A stretch of DNA of 64,000 nt. Source: Candidatus Iainarchaeum sp. Lineage in GTDB: Archaea > Iainarchaeota > Iainarchaeia > Iainarchaeales > UBA10219. The notes under the pieces are model-generated. The model ran no database searches. It worked only from the letters and a program-made list of their open reading frames with translations, and was not told the origin of the DNA. The position numbers and the translations under genes were made by a program. Shown here in pieces: positions 9,555 through 19,164 of the stretch (position 1 is the first letter of the stretch; each line of letters opens with the position of its first letter). The stretch is taken from contig JAGVWE010000004.1 of the NCBI GenBank assembly GCA_018304425.1, positions 64,001-128,000 on the forward strand, given 5' to 3'.

Positions 9555-9986
9555 TTACTTTCCGTCGATGATTGCCTGGGCTTTCTGCTTGAATTCCTCG
9601 TGCAAGGCCTTCAAGGCAGCCTTTTGCTCGTCCGACAGGTTCGCCATCCGGCCCTTGAACACGCCGTGCCCTCCGAAGCCAAAGCCGTGGCCAAACCGGT
9701 TCATGGGCTTTTCCGGGAACGCCAAGCCATTGTCTTCAAAGAACTTTTGGACGGCGGCATGGATTTCTTCCCGGTCCGCGCCCTTTTCCTTCAAAGCTGT
9801 TACCTGTTCCTTCAATTGCGCGTGCTGGGCTTCCGTTAACTGGCTGCCCCACCAGCCTTTTCCATGGTGCCAACCCGTTTTGTCGGCGGCCTGGCCTGTG
9901 GCCGGCGCTGCCGTGGTCGCGGCAAACGCGACGGCCACCAAGGCCACCAATGCGATTCCAACCAATGCCAATCCCTTCTTGTTCAT
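9555..9986 (-). CDS. Secreted helical protein with Gly/His-rich spacers (Spy/CpxP-like)
   Basis: Signal peptide, LTEAQ and LSDEQ motifs, SD GGAGGTC. Confidence 0.65.
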   Translation of the reverse strand: MNKKGLALVGIALVALVAVAFAATTAAPATGQAADKTGWHHGKGWWGSQLTEAQHAQLKEQVTALKEKGADREEIHAAVQKFFEDNGLAFPEKPMNRFGHGFGFGGHGVFKGRMANLSDEQKAALKALHEEFKQKAQAIIDGK

Positions 9987-10185
9987 GCTTTTGACCTCCA
10001 ACTGGATTGAACCCCCAAGAACCTGCGCTGCAACCCTTAATAGGCGTTGCCTGAAACGATTTGAAACCGCGGGCAGCCAAAAACCCGGCTCGTTTCAGGG
10101 TTCCCGAAACCGGGTTGAAACCGGTTTCCCCTGGGCCGTTCTTTTGGGCGCATCCTTTTATACTCCAAGCCCCCCAGTTTTTTCC

Positions 10186-10767
10186 ATGACCAGTCGTAGG
10201 GCGCTCCCCCCAAGCCTGGCAGCAGCCAACCGCGTGCACTGGCAGAGTGCCCGGCGACCCGGCCTCTCCCAGGCCGAGCGCCAAGCCCTTTACGTGCAAC
10301 GCCAACGCCATTTGGAAGCCCTGGCCCGCAGCTCATTCTACCACAAGCTGCTGGACCCCGCCCGGCAGAGGTCTTTCACGGTTTCAGCCGGGGGAAGAAG
10401 CCATGCCTTCACCTTGTTGGGGCGCGGCCTGAGCATGACGCGCTTTCAGCGGCCCGTGGTGGTTGTGCTGGACTCCCTGGGCAGCGGCATCCTGTTCTAC
10501 AAGAGCACGGGCATGAACTCCGGTATGCCGGGCAAGTGGCTGCCCTTCCGCTCCATTGTGATGACGCACGTCCGCGCAGGCCACGGCGTCGAGCCCTGGT
10601 ACGAGAAATTCAGGGAACACGAGCAAGTCCGAAGCGTTCACGGCGGCTTATACGACCGGTTAAGCGATGCAATCAGGGCACGCGAGGCCGGCATCGAATT
10701 CCTGGAGACCTCGGACCTGGACCTCGTGGCCTCCATTGCCGAAAACCTGGGCGTCCCCGGCAAGTAG
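10186..10767 (+). CDS. Arg-rich orphan protein with an FYKSTGxNSGxPGxWxPF motif
   Basis: Start reassigned to ATG 10186, about 24 nt after TTTTATA; 193 aa. Confidence 0.65.
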   Translation: MTSRRALPPSLAAANRVHWQSARRPGLSQAERQALYVQRQRHLEALARSSFYHKLLDPARQRSFTVSAGGRSHAFTLLGRGLSMTRFQRPVVVVLDSLGSGILFYKSTGMNSGMPGKWLPFRSIVMTHVRAGHGVEPWYEKFREHEQVRSVHGGLYDRLSDAIRAREAGIEFLETSDLDLVASIAENLGVPGK

Positions 10768-10788
10768 CAGCCACCGGTTCAACGGGGT

Positions 10789-11157
10789 TCACGCGTCGCC
10801 CAAGGCTTTTTTCACGCGGGCCACCATCTCGGTGTTGCTGCAGGGCTTCTGGATGTAGTCCGTCAAGCCGTCCTTGATGAGGTCGGCCAGCATCTTGTCG
10901 TTGATTTTCACGACCGTCAGGAACACGACCAGCATCTTGGGCTGCTCTTTCTTGACCTTTTTGAGGACTTCCCAGCCCGACATCTTGGGCATCATGATGT
11001 CCAACAAAATAAGGTCGGCCTTCTGCTTTTTGAGGAAGGCCAGGCAGTCCACCCCGGACTCCACGCTTTCCACCTTATACCCCTCGCGTTCCATCACGAC
11101 TTTGACGAGTGCCAGGACGTCCGGTTCGTCGTCGACGTGGAGAATGGTTTTCGTCAT
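10789..11157 (-). CDS. Single-domain response regulator (CheY-like receiver)
   Basis: ILHVDDE, DLILLDIMMPKMSG, FLT, YIQKP. Confidence 0.95.
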   Translation of the reverse strand: MTKTILHVDDEPDVLALVKVVMEREGYKVESVESGVDCLAFLKKQKADLILLDIMMPKMSGWEVLKKVKKEQPKMLVVFLTVVKINDKMLADLIKDGLTDYIQKPCSNTEMVARVKKALGDA

Positions 11158-11208
11158 GCGAATTCCCAGAGTATTACGTTTAACCCCAATATAAGCTTTA
11201 TCCCGCCC

Positions 11209-12030
11209 TCACTTTCGGCTGCCGGTGTGCTTTACCGGCACCTCGAATGAGAACGTGCTGCCCGCGCCTGGCTTTGATTCCACCCATATTTTTCCGTTGT
11301 GGCGTTCCACGATGCGCTTGCAGATGTCCAAGCCCAACCCGGTTCCGCCGAACTGCCGCGTGGCCGAGGAGTCCACCTGGTAGAACTTCTGGAACAAGTG
11401 GGGCAAGTGCCTGGCCTCGATGCCGATGCCCGTGTCCACGACCTGCACCAGGGCCTTTCCCTTGCCGGCCGAGATTTTAACCGTTACCCGCCCGTTTTCG
11501 GGCGTGAACTTGACCGCGTTCTGCACCAGGTTCTCCAACACCTTCCCGGTCAATGGCGCATCCACTTCGGCTTGGGGGAGGTCGGCCGGTGCCTCCAAGC
11601 CCAACTGGATTTTCTTGCCTTCCGCCAGGGCCTTCGCGCCTTCGAAGGCCTTGCCCGCCACTTCGCGTAAGTCCGCGGCCTGGAACTCGAATTCGAGTTT
11701 GCCGGACTCGAGCTTGGAGACCAGGAGGATGTCGTCAATCAGGTTCTTGAGGCGTCGGGCATTCCTTCGCACGATTTCAAGGCTCTTTTGCTTGATTTCC
11801 GGGTCCAGGGTCTCGTCGGCCCAGATGTCGATGTAGCCCATGATGGGCACCAAGGGGGTTTTCAGTTCGTGGCTGACCACGTCCAGGAACTCGTCGCGCA
11901 ACTTGTCGGCCTGCCGGAGCCTGGCCAACTCTGCCTCGAGTGCCTTCAGCCTCGCGTGCAACCCGGTCGCAGGCCGTGCATGTAGCCCCTTTGCCTTGGC
12001 GGTTTTTCCCGGTTTTCCGGTCTTACCCAT
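11209..12030 (-). CDS. Histidine kinase (HisKA + HATPase), no sensor domain
   Basis: SHELKTPL, NLVQNAVKF, DTGIGI, GGTGLGL boxes. Confidence 0.95.
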   Translation of the reverse strand: MGKTGKPGKTAKAKGLHARPATGLHARLKALEAELARLRQADKLRDEFLDVVSHELKTPLVPIMGYIDIWADETLDPEIKQKSLEIVRRNARRLKNLIDDILLVSKLESGKLEFEFQAADLREVAGKAFEGAKALAEGKKIQLGLEAPADLPQAEVDAPLTGKVLENLVQNAVKFTPENGRVTVKISAGKGKALVQVVDTGIGIEARHLPHLFQKFYQVDSSATRQFGGTGLGLDICKRIVERHNGKIWVESKPGAGSTFSFEVPVKHTGSRK

Positions 12031-12062
12031 TCCCAGTCACCTCCAAGATTATCGAAGAACCC

Positions 12063-13073
12063 TTATTTATGCCTTTTGCCCGGCGCCTTCGGAAGCCACG
12101 TAACCTCGACGTCGTCCGCGCGTTGCCTGGGCTGGATAACGGTTTGGGCCAGGGTTTGTCTCGCGCCCGCCCGGTGTTCCAGGAGCCCCTGCCAGGCAAT
12201 CATGGCCCCATTGTCCACGCAGACTTCCACGGGCGGCACGAACATCTCGACTTCCCGTGCCCCGCACATCTCACCCAGCATCTTGCGCAAGGCTTTCGAG
12301 GCCGCGACCCCCCCGGCCAGCAGCAACTCCTTTTTCTCGGTGTGCGCCAGCGCCCTTTCCGTGACCTCGGTCAGCATCGCAAAGGCGGTGTGCATGACCG
12401 AGTAGGCCAGGTCCACGGCCTCGGCTTTTCCGACCAAGCCCTCGGCCGCGGTCTGCAACCCGGAGAAGTGGAGGTCCATGCCCTTCACCGAGTAAGGCAA
12501 TTCCACGAACCGCTTGGCCTGGAAATACATTTCATCGATTTTGGGTCCGGCCGGAAACCCCAGGCCCATGGCCCGTCCAAACCCGTCCAGCAGATTCCCC
12601 ACTCCAATGTCCAGCGTTTCCCCGTACACCCGGTAGCGGCCTGACTCGAACCCGAGAATCTGCGTGTTCGCGCCCGAAAAATAAACCATGAGGGGATTCT
12701 TGCAGCCGGTCAACGCGCGTCCGATTTCGATGTGGGCCACGCAGTGGTTGACGCCCAACAGCGGCTTCCGGTGCCTCAGCGCAAGGCCGCGCGCCGCCAC
12801 CGCGCCCACCCTCAAAGACTGGCCAATGCCCGGTCCCCGCGAGAACGCAATCAGGTCCAGTTCCCTGGGGGATAGGCCGGCTTTTTCCAGCGCGCGGTTC
12901 AAGACCTCGGGCGCGACCCGGAAGTGGTGGTCAGCCATCTCGCGGGGAATCAAGCCGCCCTCCACGGTGGTTAGGGTGTGCTTTTCGTTGGCAAGGATTT
13001 TTGCGTGTTCGTCCACGATGCCCACGCCAAAGGTGTGGGCCGTGCTTTCCATTCCCAAGCAAATCATGCGCAT
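12063..13073 (-). CDS. kae1: KEOPS t6A threonylcarbamoyltransferase Kae1
   Basis: LGMESTAHTFGVG, NHCVAHIE, GETLDIGVGN, DNGAMIA. Confidence 0.97.
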   Translation of the reverse strand: MRMICLGMESTAHTFGVGIVDEHAKILANEKHTLTTVEGGLIPREMADHHFRVAPEVLNRALEKAGLSPRELDLIAFSRGPGIGQSLRVGAVAARGLALRHRKPLLGVNHCVAHIEIGRALTGCKNPLMVYFSGANTQILGFESGRYRVYGETLDIGVGNLLDGFGRAMGLGFPAGPKIDEMYFQAKRFVELPYSVKGMDLHFSGLQTAAEGLVGKAEAVDLAYSVMHTAFAMLTEVTERALAHTEKKELLLAGGVAASKALRKMLGEMCGAREVEMFVPPVEVCVDNGAMIAWQGLLEHRAGARQTLAQTVIQPRQRADDVEVTWLPKAPGKRHK

Positions 13074-13149
13074 CCCCAATTATGTAGCGGTTGGGCCGCT
13101 GGCCAGCCGAAACCCCGTAAACCAACCGTTAATGTGCTTCCAAGGGCTT

Positions 13150-13674
13150 TTAAAACCAAAACAAGGCCTTCAGGATAATCAAATTGTAGCCCACGTGTGC
13201 GAAAATATTGGGGTATAGGCTCTTGTTGGCGTCATAGGCCCTCGCGAGCACGACCCCCAAGGCAAAGGCCCCAACGACCTCGGCCAGGGAACCGTAAAAC
13301 ACGTGGGCCAAGGCAAAGACCCCACTGGAGGCCAGGGAACCGAATTTCTTGGCCAAAAAACCCCGGAAGAAGACCTCTTCGGCAACCACCCGGACGCTCA
13401 ACAAATAGTAGAGGAACCAGGGCGTTGCCCGTTCTACTCTCTCGACTTCCACGGCCACCTTGTCCAAGTCATTCAAGTGGAGGAAGGCCAGCGCCAGCGA
13501 CAAGGCCAGGGACACCAACACCAGCGCCAAAAACAGGGTCACGGTCTGTTTTGCTTTCGCGGCAAACCCCTTGGGCTCGAGGCCCAACTCCTTCAAGGGA
13601 TTCAATCCCCTGCCGGCATAATAGGCGGCGGGAAAAAACGCGAAAGAAAAATCGAGCAGGAAGCTGGAGAGAAT
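13150..13674 (-). CDS. CAAX prenyl protease-like (Abi/CPBP) membrane protein; start uncertain, possibly ATT
   Basis: EEVFFRGFL, FALAH, AHVGYN motifs. Confidence 0.85.
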   Translation of the reverse strand: MLSSFLLDFSFAFFPAAYYAGRGLNPLKELGLEPKGFAAKAKQTVTLFLALVLVSLALSLALAFLHLNDLDKVAVEVERVERATPWFLYYLLSVRVVAEEVFFRGFLAKKFGSLASSGVFALAHVFYGSLAEVVGAFALGVVLARAYDANKSLYPNIFAHVGYNLIILKALFWF

Positions 13675-13687
13675 CCGTTCCCCCCCC

Positions 13688-13885
13688 TCAGACCTTCCTG
13701 AATTCCGTGTAACTGCATTTCCCGCACGCGAACCGGTCCTTGTGCGCGGCCATGAATATGCCGCCACCGCACTTGGGGCAGCTCCTCGTCTTCCTTGAAA
13801 GGCTCTCGCCCTTCACTTCATACAATGTCGCCTTCAGCTTTTTACCCGGTTCTTCCTTTGCTTTTGCTGCTGCCTTTTCCGCCAT
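13688..13885 (-). CDS. rps27ae: 30S ribosomal protein eS31 (S27ae)
   Basis: CPKCGGGIFMAAHKDRFACGKC zinc ribbon. Confidence 0.95.
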   Translation of the reverse strand: MAEKAAAKAKEEPGKKLKATLYEVKGESLSRKTRSCPKCGGGIFMAAHKDRFACGKCSYTEFRKV

Positions 13886-13921
13886 CCCATTCACCTTCAG
13901 TCATTCCTCGTGCTTCGGCAC

Positions 13922-14257
13922 CTATTTCTTGGCTTTCGCCTCGGCTTTCGGCGCCTCTTCTTTCTTTTCCTTGGCTTCCTTGATGCCGAGGTTCCGGTTC
14001 ACGATGTACTTCAACTCGGTCCGCTTCATTTGCTCCGCGTCCTGGTACGCGATGGCCTCGCCGCCCACTTCCTTGGAGCCGAACCGCTGCCTCACCGCGC
14101 GCACCACGACTGCGTCTTCCTTTGCGTTCAGGAGAGCGGCCAGCCTGGCCCTGAGCTCCTTCTTGGAGGGCGTGGTCTCAACGCCTTCCACCCGGAAAAC
14201 GACTTCCTCCCGCTGCAGCAAGGGGTTCTTCTCCCTGCTCACAATCTCGACTTCCAT
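13922..14257 (-). CDS. rps24e: 30S ribosomal protein eS24
   Basis: NPLLQREEV, TPSKKELR; conserved gene order. Confidence 0.93.
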   Translation of the reverse strand: MEVEIVSREKNPLLQREEVVFRVEGVETTPSKKELRARLAALLNAKEDAVVVRAVRQRFGSKEVGGEAIAYQDAEQMKRTELKYIVNRNLGIKEAKEKKEEAPKAEAKAKK

Positions 14258-14301
14258 TTCATTCACCTCATGAACGCCATACAAACGCTGTTAGCCTGCC
14301 T

Positions 14302-14499
14302 TCACCGGCTCAACCGCAGGGCATGCTTGCCAATGGTGGTTAACCCCATCTTTTGGGCGATGCTCGACTGCTCCGGGTTGATGATGACGACATAGCCCCG
14401 CCAAAAAGTCGTGAAACTCGTGCTCCCACAGACCGGGCACTTGTCGCCTTCCTCGATGACTTTCCTGCACTGCCTGCACGCCTTTCCCTTGCTTGCCAT
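14302..14499 (-). CDS. spt4: Transcription elongation factor Spt4 (RpoE'')
   Basis: ACRQC..CPVCGS..W.G..IINPEQS.IA. Confidence 0.95.
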   Translation of the reverse strand: MASKGKACRQCRKVIEEGDKCPVCGSTSFTTFWRGYVVIINPEQSSIAQKMGLTTIGKHALRLSR

Positions 14500-14532
14500 T
14501 CCAATCTGCTCCTTTCCTTTTTTTCCTGCCGC

Positions 14533-15132
14533 TTACGCGGCCTTCTCCTTCGCCTTTTCTTCTTTCCTTGTCTCCTTGGTCTCCCGCTTCTTGGTGGGCC
14601 CAGCCTTGACCCATTCCTCTTTTCCCAGGCCGTCCTGCCGCATCGTCAAACCGATTTTCGACGCGGAAAGCGAGCCCTTCAAGCTCACCGTGACAATCCG
14701 CGCCGTGACGTTGTCGCCCTTCAACAGCTTCCGAGCCGACTCCTTTCCAACGAAGCCCGGGAGCTTCGCGTCATAATTGATGTAGTCATCCATGATCTGG
14801 CTGACGTGAATCAGCCCCTCGATGGGGCCAATCCGCGCAAACGCACCGAACTCCGTCACTTCCGTGACATAGCCGTCCACGACCTCGTGGACTTCCGGCT
14901 TGTACACCAGCAACTTCATGACCGCCGTATAATAGGCCGCGCCATCCCCTGGCACGACCCTTCCCTCTCCCGTGCTCTCGATTTCCGGGACCACGACCAC
15001 CAAGCCAAGATCCTCGTCCATCAAGCCCTCATACTCCTTTTGAACGAGCTTCAAAACCGTTTTCTTGAGGTCCGCCCCGAACTCCGCCGGAGGCACCCTA
15101 ACCGTGTCCGTGACCGTATACATCGAGTACAT
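14533..15132 (-). CDS. rpoE1: RNA polymerase subunit Rpo7 (E')
   Basis: VRVPP, GDGAAY, FGAFARIGPIEGLIHVSQI, LTMRQDGLGK. Confidence 0.97.
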   Translation of the reverse strand: MYSMYTVTDTVRVPPAEFGADLKKTVLKLVQKEYEGLMDEDLGLVVVVPEIESTGEGRVVPGDGAAYYTAVMKLLVYKPEVHEVVDGYVTEVTEFGAFARIGPIEGLIHVSQIMDDYINYDAKLPGFVGKESARKLLKGDNVTARIVTVSLKGSLSASKIGLTMRQDGLGKEEWVKAGPTKKRETKETRKEEKAKEKAA

Positions 15133-15135
15133 TCG

Positions 15136-15519
15136 TTACACCCCTTCACCAATGGCTTCCACCAATTTGTTTTGCCTAATGAATATAATCCTTTCCTTGA
15201 GCCTCGCCTTCAAGGCCCGGTCATTGGTCGCCACCCAGCAGCCATCCAACGCCAGCCCAACCAGGGCATCGTCGGCGTTTGCCGCGTTGACCCCAATAAC
15301 CTTGACCTCATTCGCCTTCAACTCCATTTCCGCGAGGTTCACGAGTTTTTCCATGGTTTTCCCCTTTCTCCGGAGCAATCCAAGCTCCCGTTCCACCTGC
15401 GCGGGAACAACGAACTCCACCCGGCCCAACAGCCGGCGGATTTCCCTGCAGGCGTTTACCTTCTGTTTCACCGTCCACACCAGGAAATTGGTGTCCAGCG
15501 CCACCCTCACCGTTTTCAC
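15136..15519 (-). CDS. PIN-domain protein (Fcf1/Utp24-like)
   Basis: LDTNFL, ADD, VATND; conserved position after aIF2-gamma. Confidence 0.9.
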   Translation of the reverse strand: MKTVRVALDTNFLVWTVKQKVNACREIRRLLGRVEFVVPAQVERELGLLRRKGKTMEKLVNLAEMELKANEVKVIGVNAANADDALVGLALDGCWVATNDRALKARLKERIIFIRQNKLVEAIGEGV

Positions 15520-15523
15520 GGTT

Positions 15524-16816
15524 TCATTGGGCGACGCCGTAGGCGACCAACCTCCACCGCTGCTGCTCCATCTTGCTGATGGCGACCTTCTGCCCCTTTT
15601 CCACGACAATCGGCATCTTCAACGCCAATTCCACCAGGTTCTTGTGCTTTTTCGCGACGTTCCCCACCATGGTCATCGTTCCAACCGTTATCACGAGCAA
15701 CTCGTTCGGCAGGATGTCGGTTGTCTTCTCGCCCACCAGCCGCTGCAACAAATGCACGTCCAGTTTCACGCTGTTCACGGGCGCGGGAAGCGTTCCAGGC
15801 TTTGCGATGACCTGGCCCCGCATCTGGTCGCTCCGCGTCAGGCCGGGGTCCAGGTTCGTGCCCAAGGCAATCAAGCCGCCCGGCCGCGCGGATTCCAGCA
15901 AGCCGTTCGCGACATCGATTTCTATTACCTTCGTCACGATGCTCTTCCCGTTGATGCCCGGGCTAATCTCAATCGAGTCGCCTTTCTTCACGGTTCCCTG
16001 CACGATGGAGCCGCCCAGCACGCCGCCCTTCATTTCCTCCGGGGAAATCCCCGGCTTGTTGACGTCGAAACTCCGCGCCGCGTACATCTTCAAGTCGAGT
16101 TTTTCGTCGAACTTCGGCGAAGGAATGTGTTCCTCGATGGCCTCAATCAGCAAGTCGATGTTGGTGTTGAAGTGAGCCGCCGTCGGAATGATGGGCGCGT
16201 TCTCGTAGCCGAACTCCTTCAAGAACTTCCTTATCTGGGCCTGGTTCTCCAACGCCTTTTCCTTGTCCACCAGGTCAATCTTGTTCTGCGCGACGACCAC
16301 GTTCTTCGTGCCCGACACGCTCAACGCCATCAGATGTTCCGCGGTCCGCGGCTGCGGCACGAACTCGTTGGCCGCGATGACCAGGATCGCGCCATGCATC
16401 AGCGCGGCGCCGCTCAACATGGTGGTCATCAGGGTTTCATGGCCCGGCGCGTCGATGAAGCTCACTTTCCGCAGCACCTTCGTCTTCCCCCCGCACACCC
16501 CACACGTTGCCTGCGTGGCATAGGCTTCCGAGCCCTTGCATTTCTCGCACTTCCGGAAAACCGCGTCCGCGTACCCCAACCGGATGGAGATGCCCTTCTT
16601 GAGCTCCTCGGAGTGGGTGTCCGTCCACTTCCCGGTCAAGGCCTTGGTCAAGGAGGTCTTGCCGTGGTCCACGTGCCCAATGAGGCCGAGGTTCACCTCG
16701 GCCTGTGTCTCGGCTCTTGCCTCGACCCCCGCCTCCGGCTCGCGCTTGTGGGCGGCCTCGTCCTTTGGCTTCGGCGACTCAGCCCTTGCCTTCTTCGCGG
16801 TTTCGGTTTTCTTCAT
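15524..16816 (-). CDS. eif2g: Translation initiation factor aIF2 gamma
   Basis: GHVDHGKT, zinc ribbon, DAPGHE, NKID. Confidence 0.98.
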   Translation of the reverse strand: MKKTETAKKARAESPKPKDEAAHKREPEAGVEARAETQAEVNLGLIGHVDHGKTSLTKALTGKWTDTHSEELKKGISIRLGYADAVFRKCEKCKGSEAYATQATCGVCGGKTKVLRKVSFIDAPGHETLMTTMLSGAALMHGAILVIAANEFVPQPRTAEHLMALSVSGTKNVVVAQNKIDLVDKEKALENQAQIRKFLKEFGYENAPIIPTAAHFNTNIDLLIEAIEEHIPSPKFDEKLDLKMYAARSFDVNKPGISPEEMKGGVLGGSIVQGTVKKGDSIEISPGINGKSIVTKVIEIDVANGLLESARPGGLIALGTNLDPGLTRSDQMRGQVIAKPGTLPAPVNSVKLDVHLLQRLVGEKTTDILPNELLVITVGTMTMVGNVAKKHKNLVELALKMPIVVEKGQKVAISKMEQQRWRLVAYGVAQ

Positions 16817-16848
16817 CTGATTCCTTTCCCTGTTCCGTTCGCCTTTGC

Positions 16849-17343
16849 TCAGTGCTTGGGTTTCTTGATGCCGCCCTCGCCGGCCTCCCGCTCCTTCAGC
16901 ACCTCTTCCTTTGACCGCTCCACGTTCGCCATGGACTTGGCGATGAGTTCTTCCTTGGCCGACAACGCCTTTTCCTCGACCTTCACCTTGGGCATGAACT
17001 CCTCGAACGGCTTTGAACCGTGCTTCTTGACGGCCAGGTTCACCTGGGACGTTTCATTCGTGATGAGGTTGCCCCGGAACGCAATGCGCTGCCTCAACCC
17101 CTTCTTCTTGTCCAGCGTAACGAAAATCCTTCGCCTCGCCGCACCCTCCAGGTCCGGCTTGATGGGAAAGCCTTCCTTGTCGCTTCCCCCGGTGATGACC
17201 GCCGTATAGCCTTCGAAGCCCAGCGAGTCGAGGCTCACCTCTTCGCCGACCTTGTGGTTCAAGAAAAGGGCCGCGTCCTCCGCCTTGTGCGAAAACGCTT
17301 TCCCCGACTTTGGATCCGATATCACGATATTCAACTCATTCAC
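16849..17343 (-). CDS. rps6e: 30S ribosomal protein eS6
   Basis: ISDPKSGK, ITGGSDKEGFP, RGN. Confidence 0.95.
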   Translation of the reverse strand: MNELNIVISDPKSGKAFSHKAEDAALFLNHKVGEEVSLDSLGFEGYTAVITGGSDKEGFPIKPDLEGAARRRIFVTLDKKKGLRQRIAFRGNLITNETSQVNLAVKKHGSKPFEEFMPKVKVEEKALSAKEELIAKSMANVERSKEEVLKEREAGEGGIKKPKH

Positions 17344-17367
17344 CTCGCATTAAACGCTCCTAAACCC

Positions 17368-19125
17368 TTACGCTTCTTCCTTGCCCTCCAACCCCATGAT
17401 TTCCGATACGAGTTCCAGCTCGGGCTGGCTCAAGACGGAACCCAGTTCAAGCAGTTCATGGAACTGCTTCCTCGGAATAACCGTGAACAACTCGTCTTTC
17501 TCGGAGAGGTTCCTGCCCATGGTGGCGCCCTCAATCGAGACCGCGACCTCCATGCCCTCCCGGGCCTCGCTCAAGGGCTTGCCCTCCAACTGGATGGCCG
17601 CGATTCGCCCAATCCGCTCCCCTTTCCCGTTCATGACGTCCACGTTGGCCCGGAGCCTGCCCGCCAACACCCTCACTCCCACCACTGCCGGCTTCGCGTT
17701 CCGGAACACGTGGTCGGGTAACAGCTTGACGCGGGCCGGCAAGACCAGGCGCTCCAGCTTTTCCTCGAGTGACTTGTTCTTCTGCTCGGCCTGCCACCTG
17801 TCATAGTCTTCCAGCAGCCGGTACACGACGTCGCCCTGGAAAATGGTCACGCCGCGCTTCCCGGCTTCTTCGAGGGCATCGGGCTTGGCCCCGGTGTGGA
17901 ACGCGAAAATCACGCCCTTCAAGGGCTCCTTTTCCTTGATGCCTTCCATCTCAATCACGTCGCGGCGCGAAATCTCGCCCACGTCGGCCTTCCGGATGCG
18001 GATGCCCTTGTCCTGCAACAACTTGATCAACGCCTCCAATGCGCCCAGGGTGTCGGCGCGTGCAATGGGCCCCAGGGAATCCGACTCGATCTTGACGTGC
18101 TGGATTTCGTCGGCCACTTCCTTCTCCTCGCGGCCATCCGTCTTCACGCGCAACGGCGAACCCGCCAAGGCCAGGTCCAGGCCCGGTGCCGCGATTTTCA
18201 CTCCCGCCGCGGCGTGCACGAAGGCAACGCTCTTGAACTTCTCTTGGGGCGCCCTTATTTCGTCCAAGGGCTTGGGCTCGAGCAGGGCCCGCACCTTGGC
18301 GGTAATCACGCCCTCCTTGCCGCCCAACACGATTTCATCGCCCACCCTAATCGTTCCATCGTAGAGGATGACGTCCACGGTCTTGCCCAGGCCCCGCTCC
18401 TCCTTGACTTCGAGGATGGTGCCCTTGCCCGGGCCCTCCACGTGGATGCTGAGCTCGTTTTCCATGAACTTCTGGCTCAACCCGGCCAGGAACATCAGCA
18501 CCTCGGGGAGGCCCTCGCCGCTCTTCGCGCACACCGGGACAATCGGCACTTCCTTGGTGAACTCGCGGATGCGGTCAAAGCGCTCGCTGCGGAAGCCGTG
18601 CGCGTGCAGTTGCCCGACGATCTCGTACACCTTGCGGTCCAATTCCTCGACGACGTCCGCACTCTGCTCCTTCACGTTGTTCGAAAACGATTCCCGCTTC
18701 GTCTGCCAGCCCCGGATGGCGTCAATCTTGTTGGCCACGCAGACAAAGGGAACCTTGAACGAGCGCAGGATGTCAATCGCTTCCACCGTCTGCTTTTCCA
18801 GGCCCCGGTTGACGTCAATGACCACCACGGCAAGGTCCGCGATGCTGCCCCCGCGCTTCCGCAGGTTGCTGAAAGCCTCATGCCCCGGCGTGTCAATGAA
18901 CAACAGGCCCGGCAACGTGATGTGGAACCCATATCTTTCCAGGAGGCCGCCCGCGATTCTCCGCACGACTTCAATCGGTACTTCCGTGGCCCCGATGTGC
19001 TGGGTGATGCCGCCAGCCTCTTTTTCCGCGATGGCCGTTCCCCTGATCGTGTCCAGCAACTTGGTCTTGCCCGCGTCCACGTGGCCCAACACCGTGATAA
19101 TGGGTTTACGGATTTGTTTTTCCAT
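17368..19125 (-). CDS. infB: Translation initiation factor aIF5B (IF-2)
   Basis: LGHVDAGKT, EAGGITQHIGA, DTPGHEAF; no intein. Confidence 0.98.
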   Translation of the reverse strand: MEKQIRKPIITVLGHVDAGKTKLLDTIRGTAIAEKEAGGITQHIGATEVPIEVVRRIAGGLLERYGFHITLPGLLFIDTPGHEAFSNLRKRGGSIADLAVVVIDVNRGLEKQTVEAIDILRSFKVPFVCVANKIDAIRGWQTKRESFSNNVKEQSADVVEELDRKVYEIVGQLHAHGFRSERFDRIREFTKEVPIVPVCAKSGEGLPEVLMFLAGLSQKFMENELSIHVEGPGKGTILEVKEERGLGKTVDVILYDGTIRVGDEIVLGGKEGVITAKVRALLEPKPLDEIRAPQEKFKSVAFVHAAAGVKIAAPGLDLALAGSPLRVKTDGREEKEVADEIQHVKIESDSLGPIARADTLGALEALIKLLQDKGIRIRKADVGEISRRDVIEMEGIKEKEPLKGVIFAFHTGAKPDALEEAGKRGVTIFQGDVVYRLLEDYDRWQAEQKNKSLEEKLERLVLPARVKLLPDHVFRNAKPAVVGVRVLAGRLRANVDVMNGKGERIGRIAAIQLEGKPLSEAREGMEVAVSIEGATMGRNLSEKDELFTVIPRKQFHELLELGSVLSQPELELVSEIMGLEGKEEA

Positions 19126-19164
19126 TGCCACCACAACCGTTGCCTGCACGCCCAGCAAACCCCC

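Noticed and set aside
10051-10130. Several GAAAC/GTTTC motifs spaced 10-11 nt apart in the divergent promoter region
   Set aside because: Too short and irregular for a CRISPR array; an operator role is possible but unsupported.
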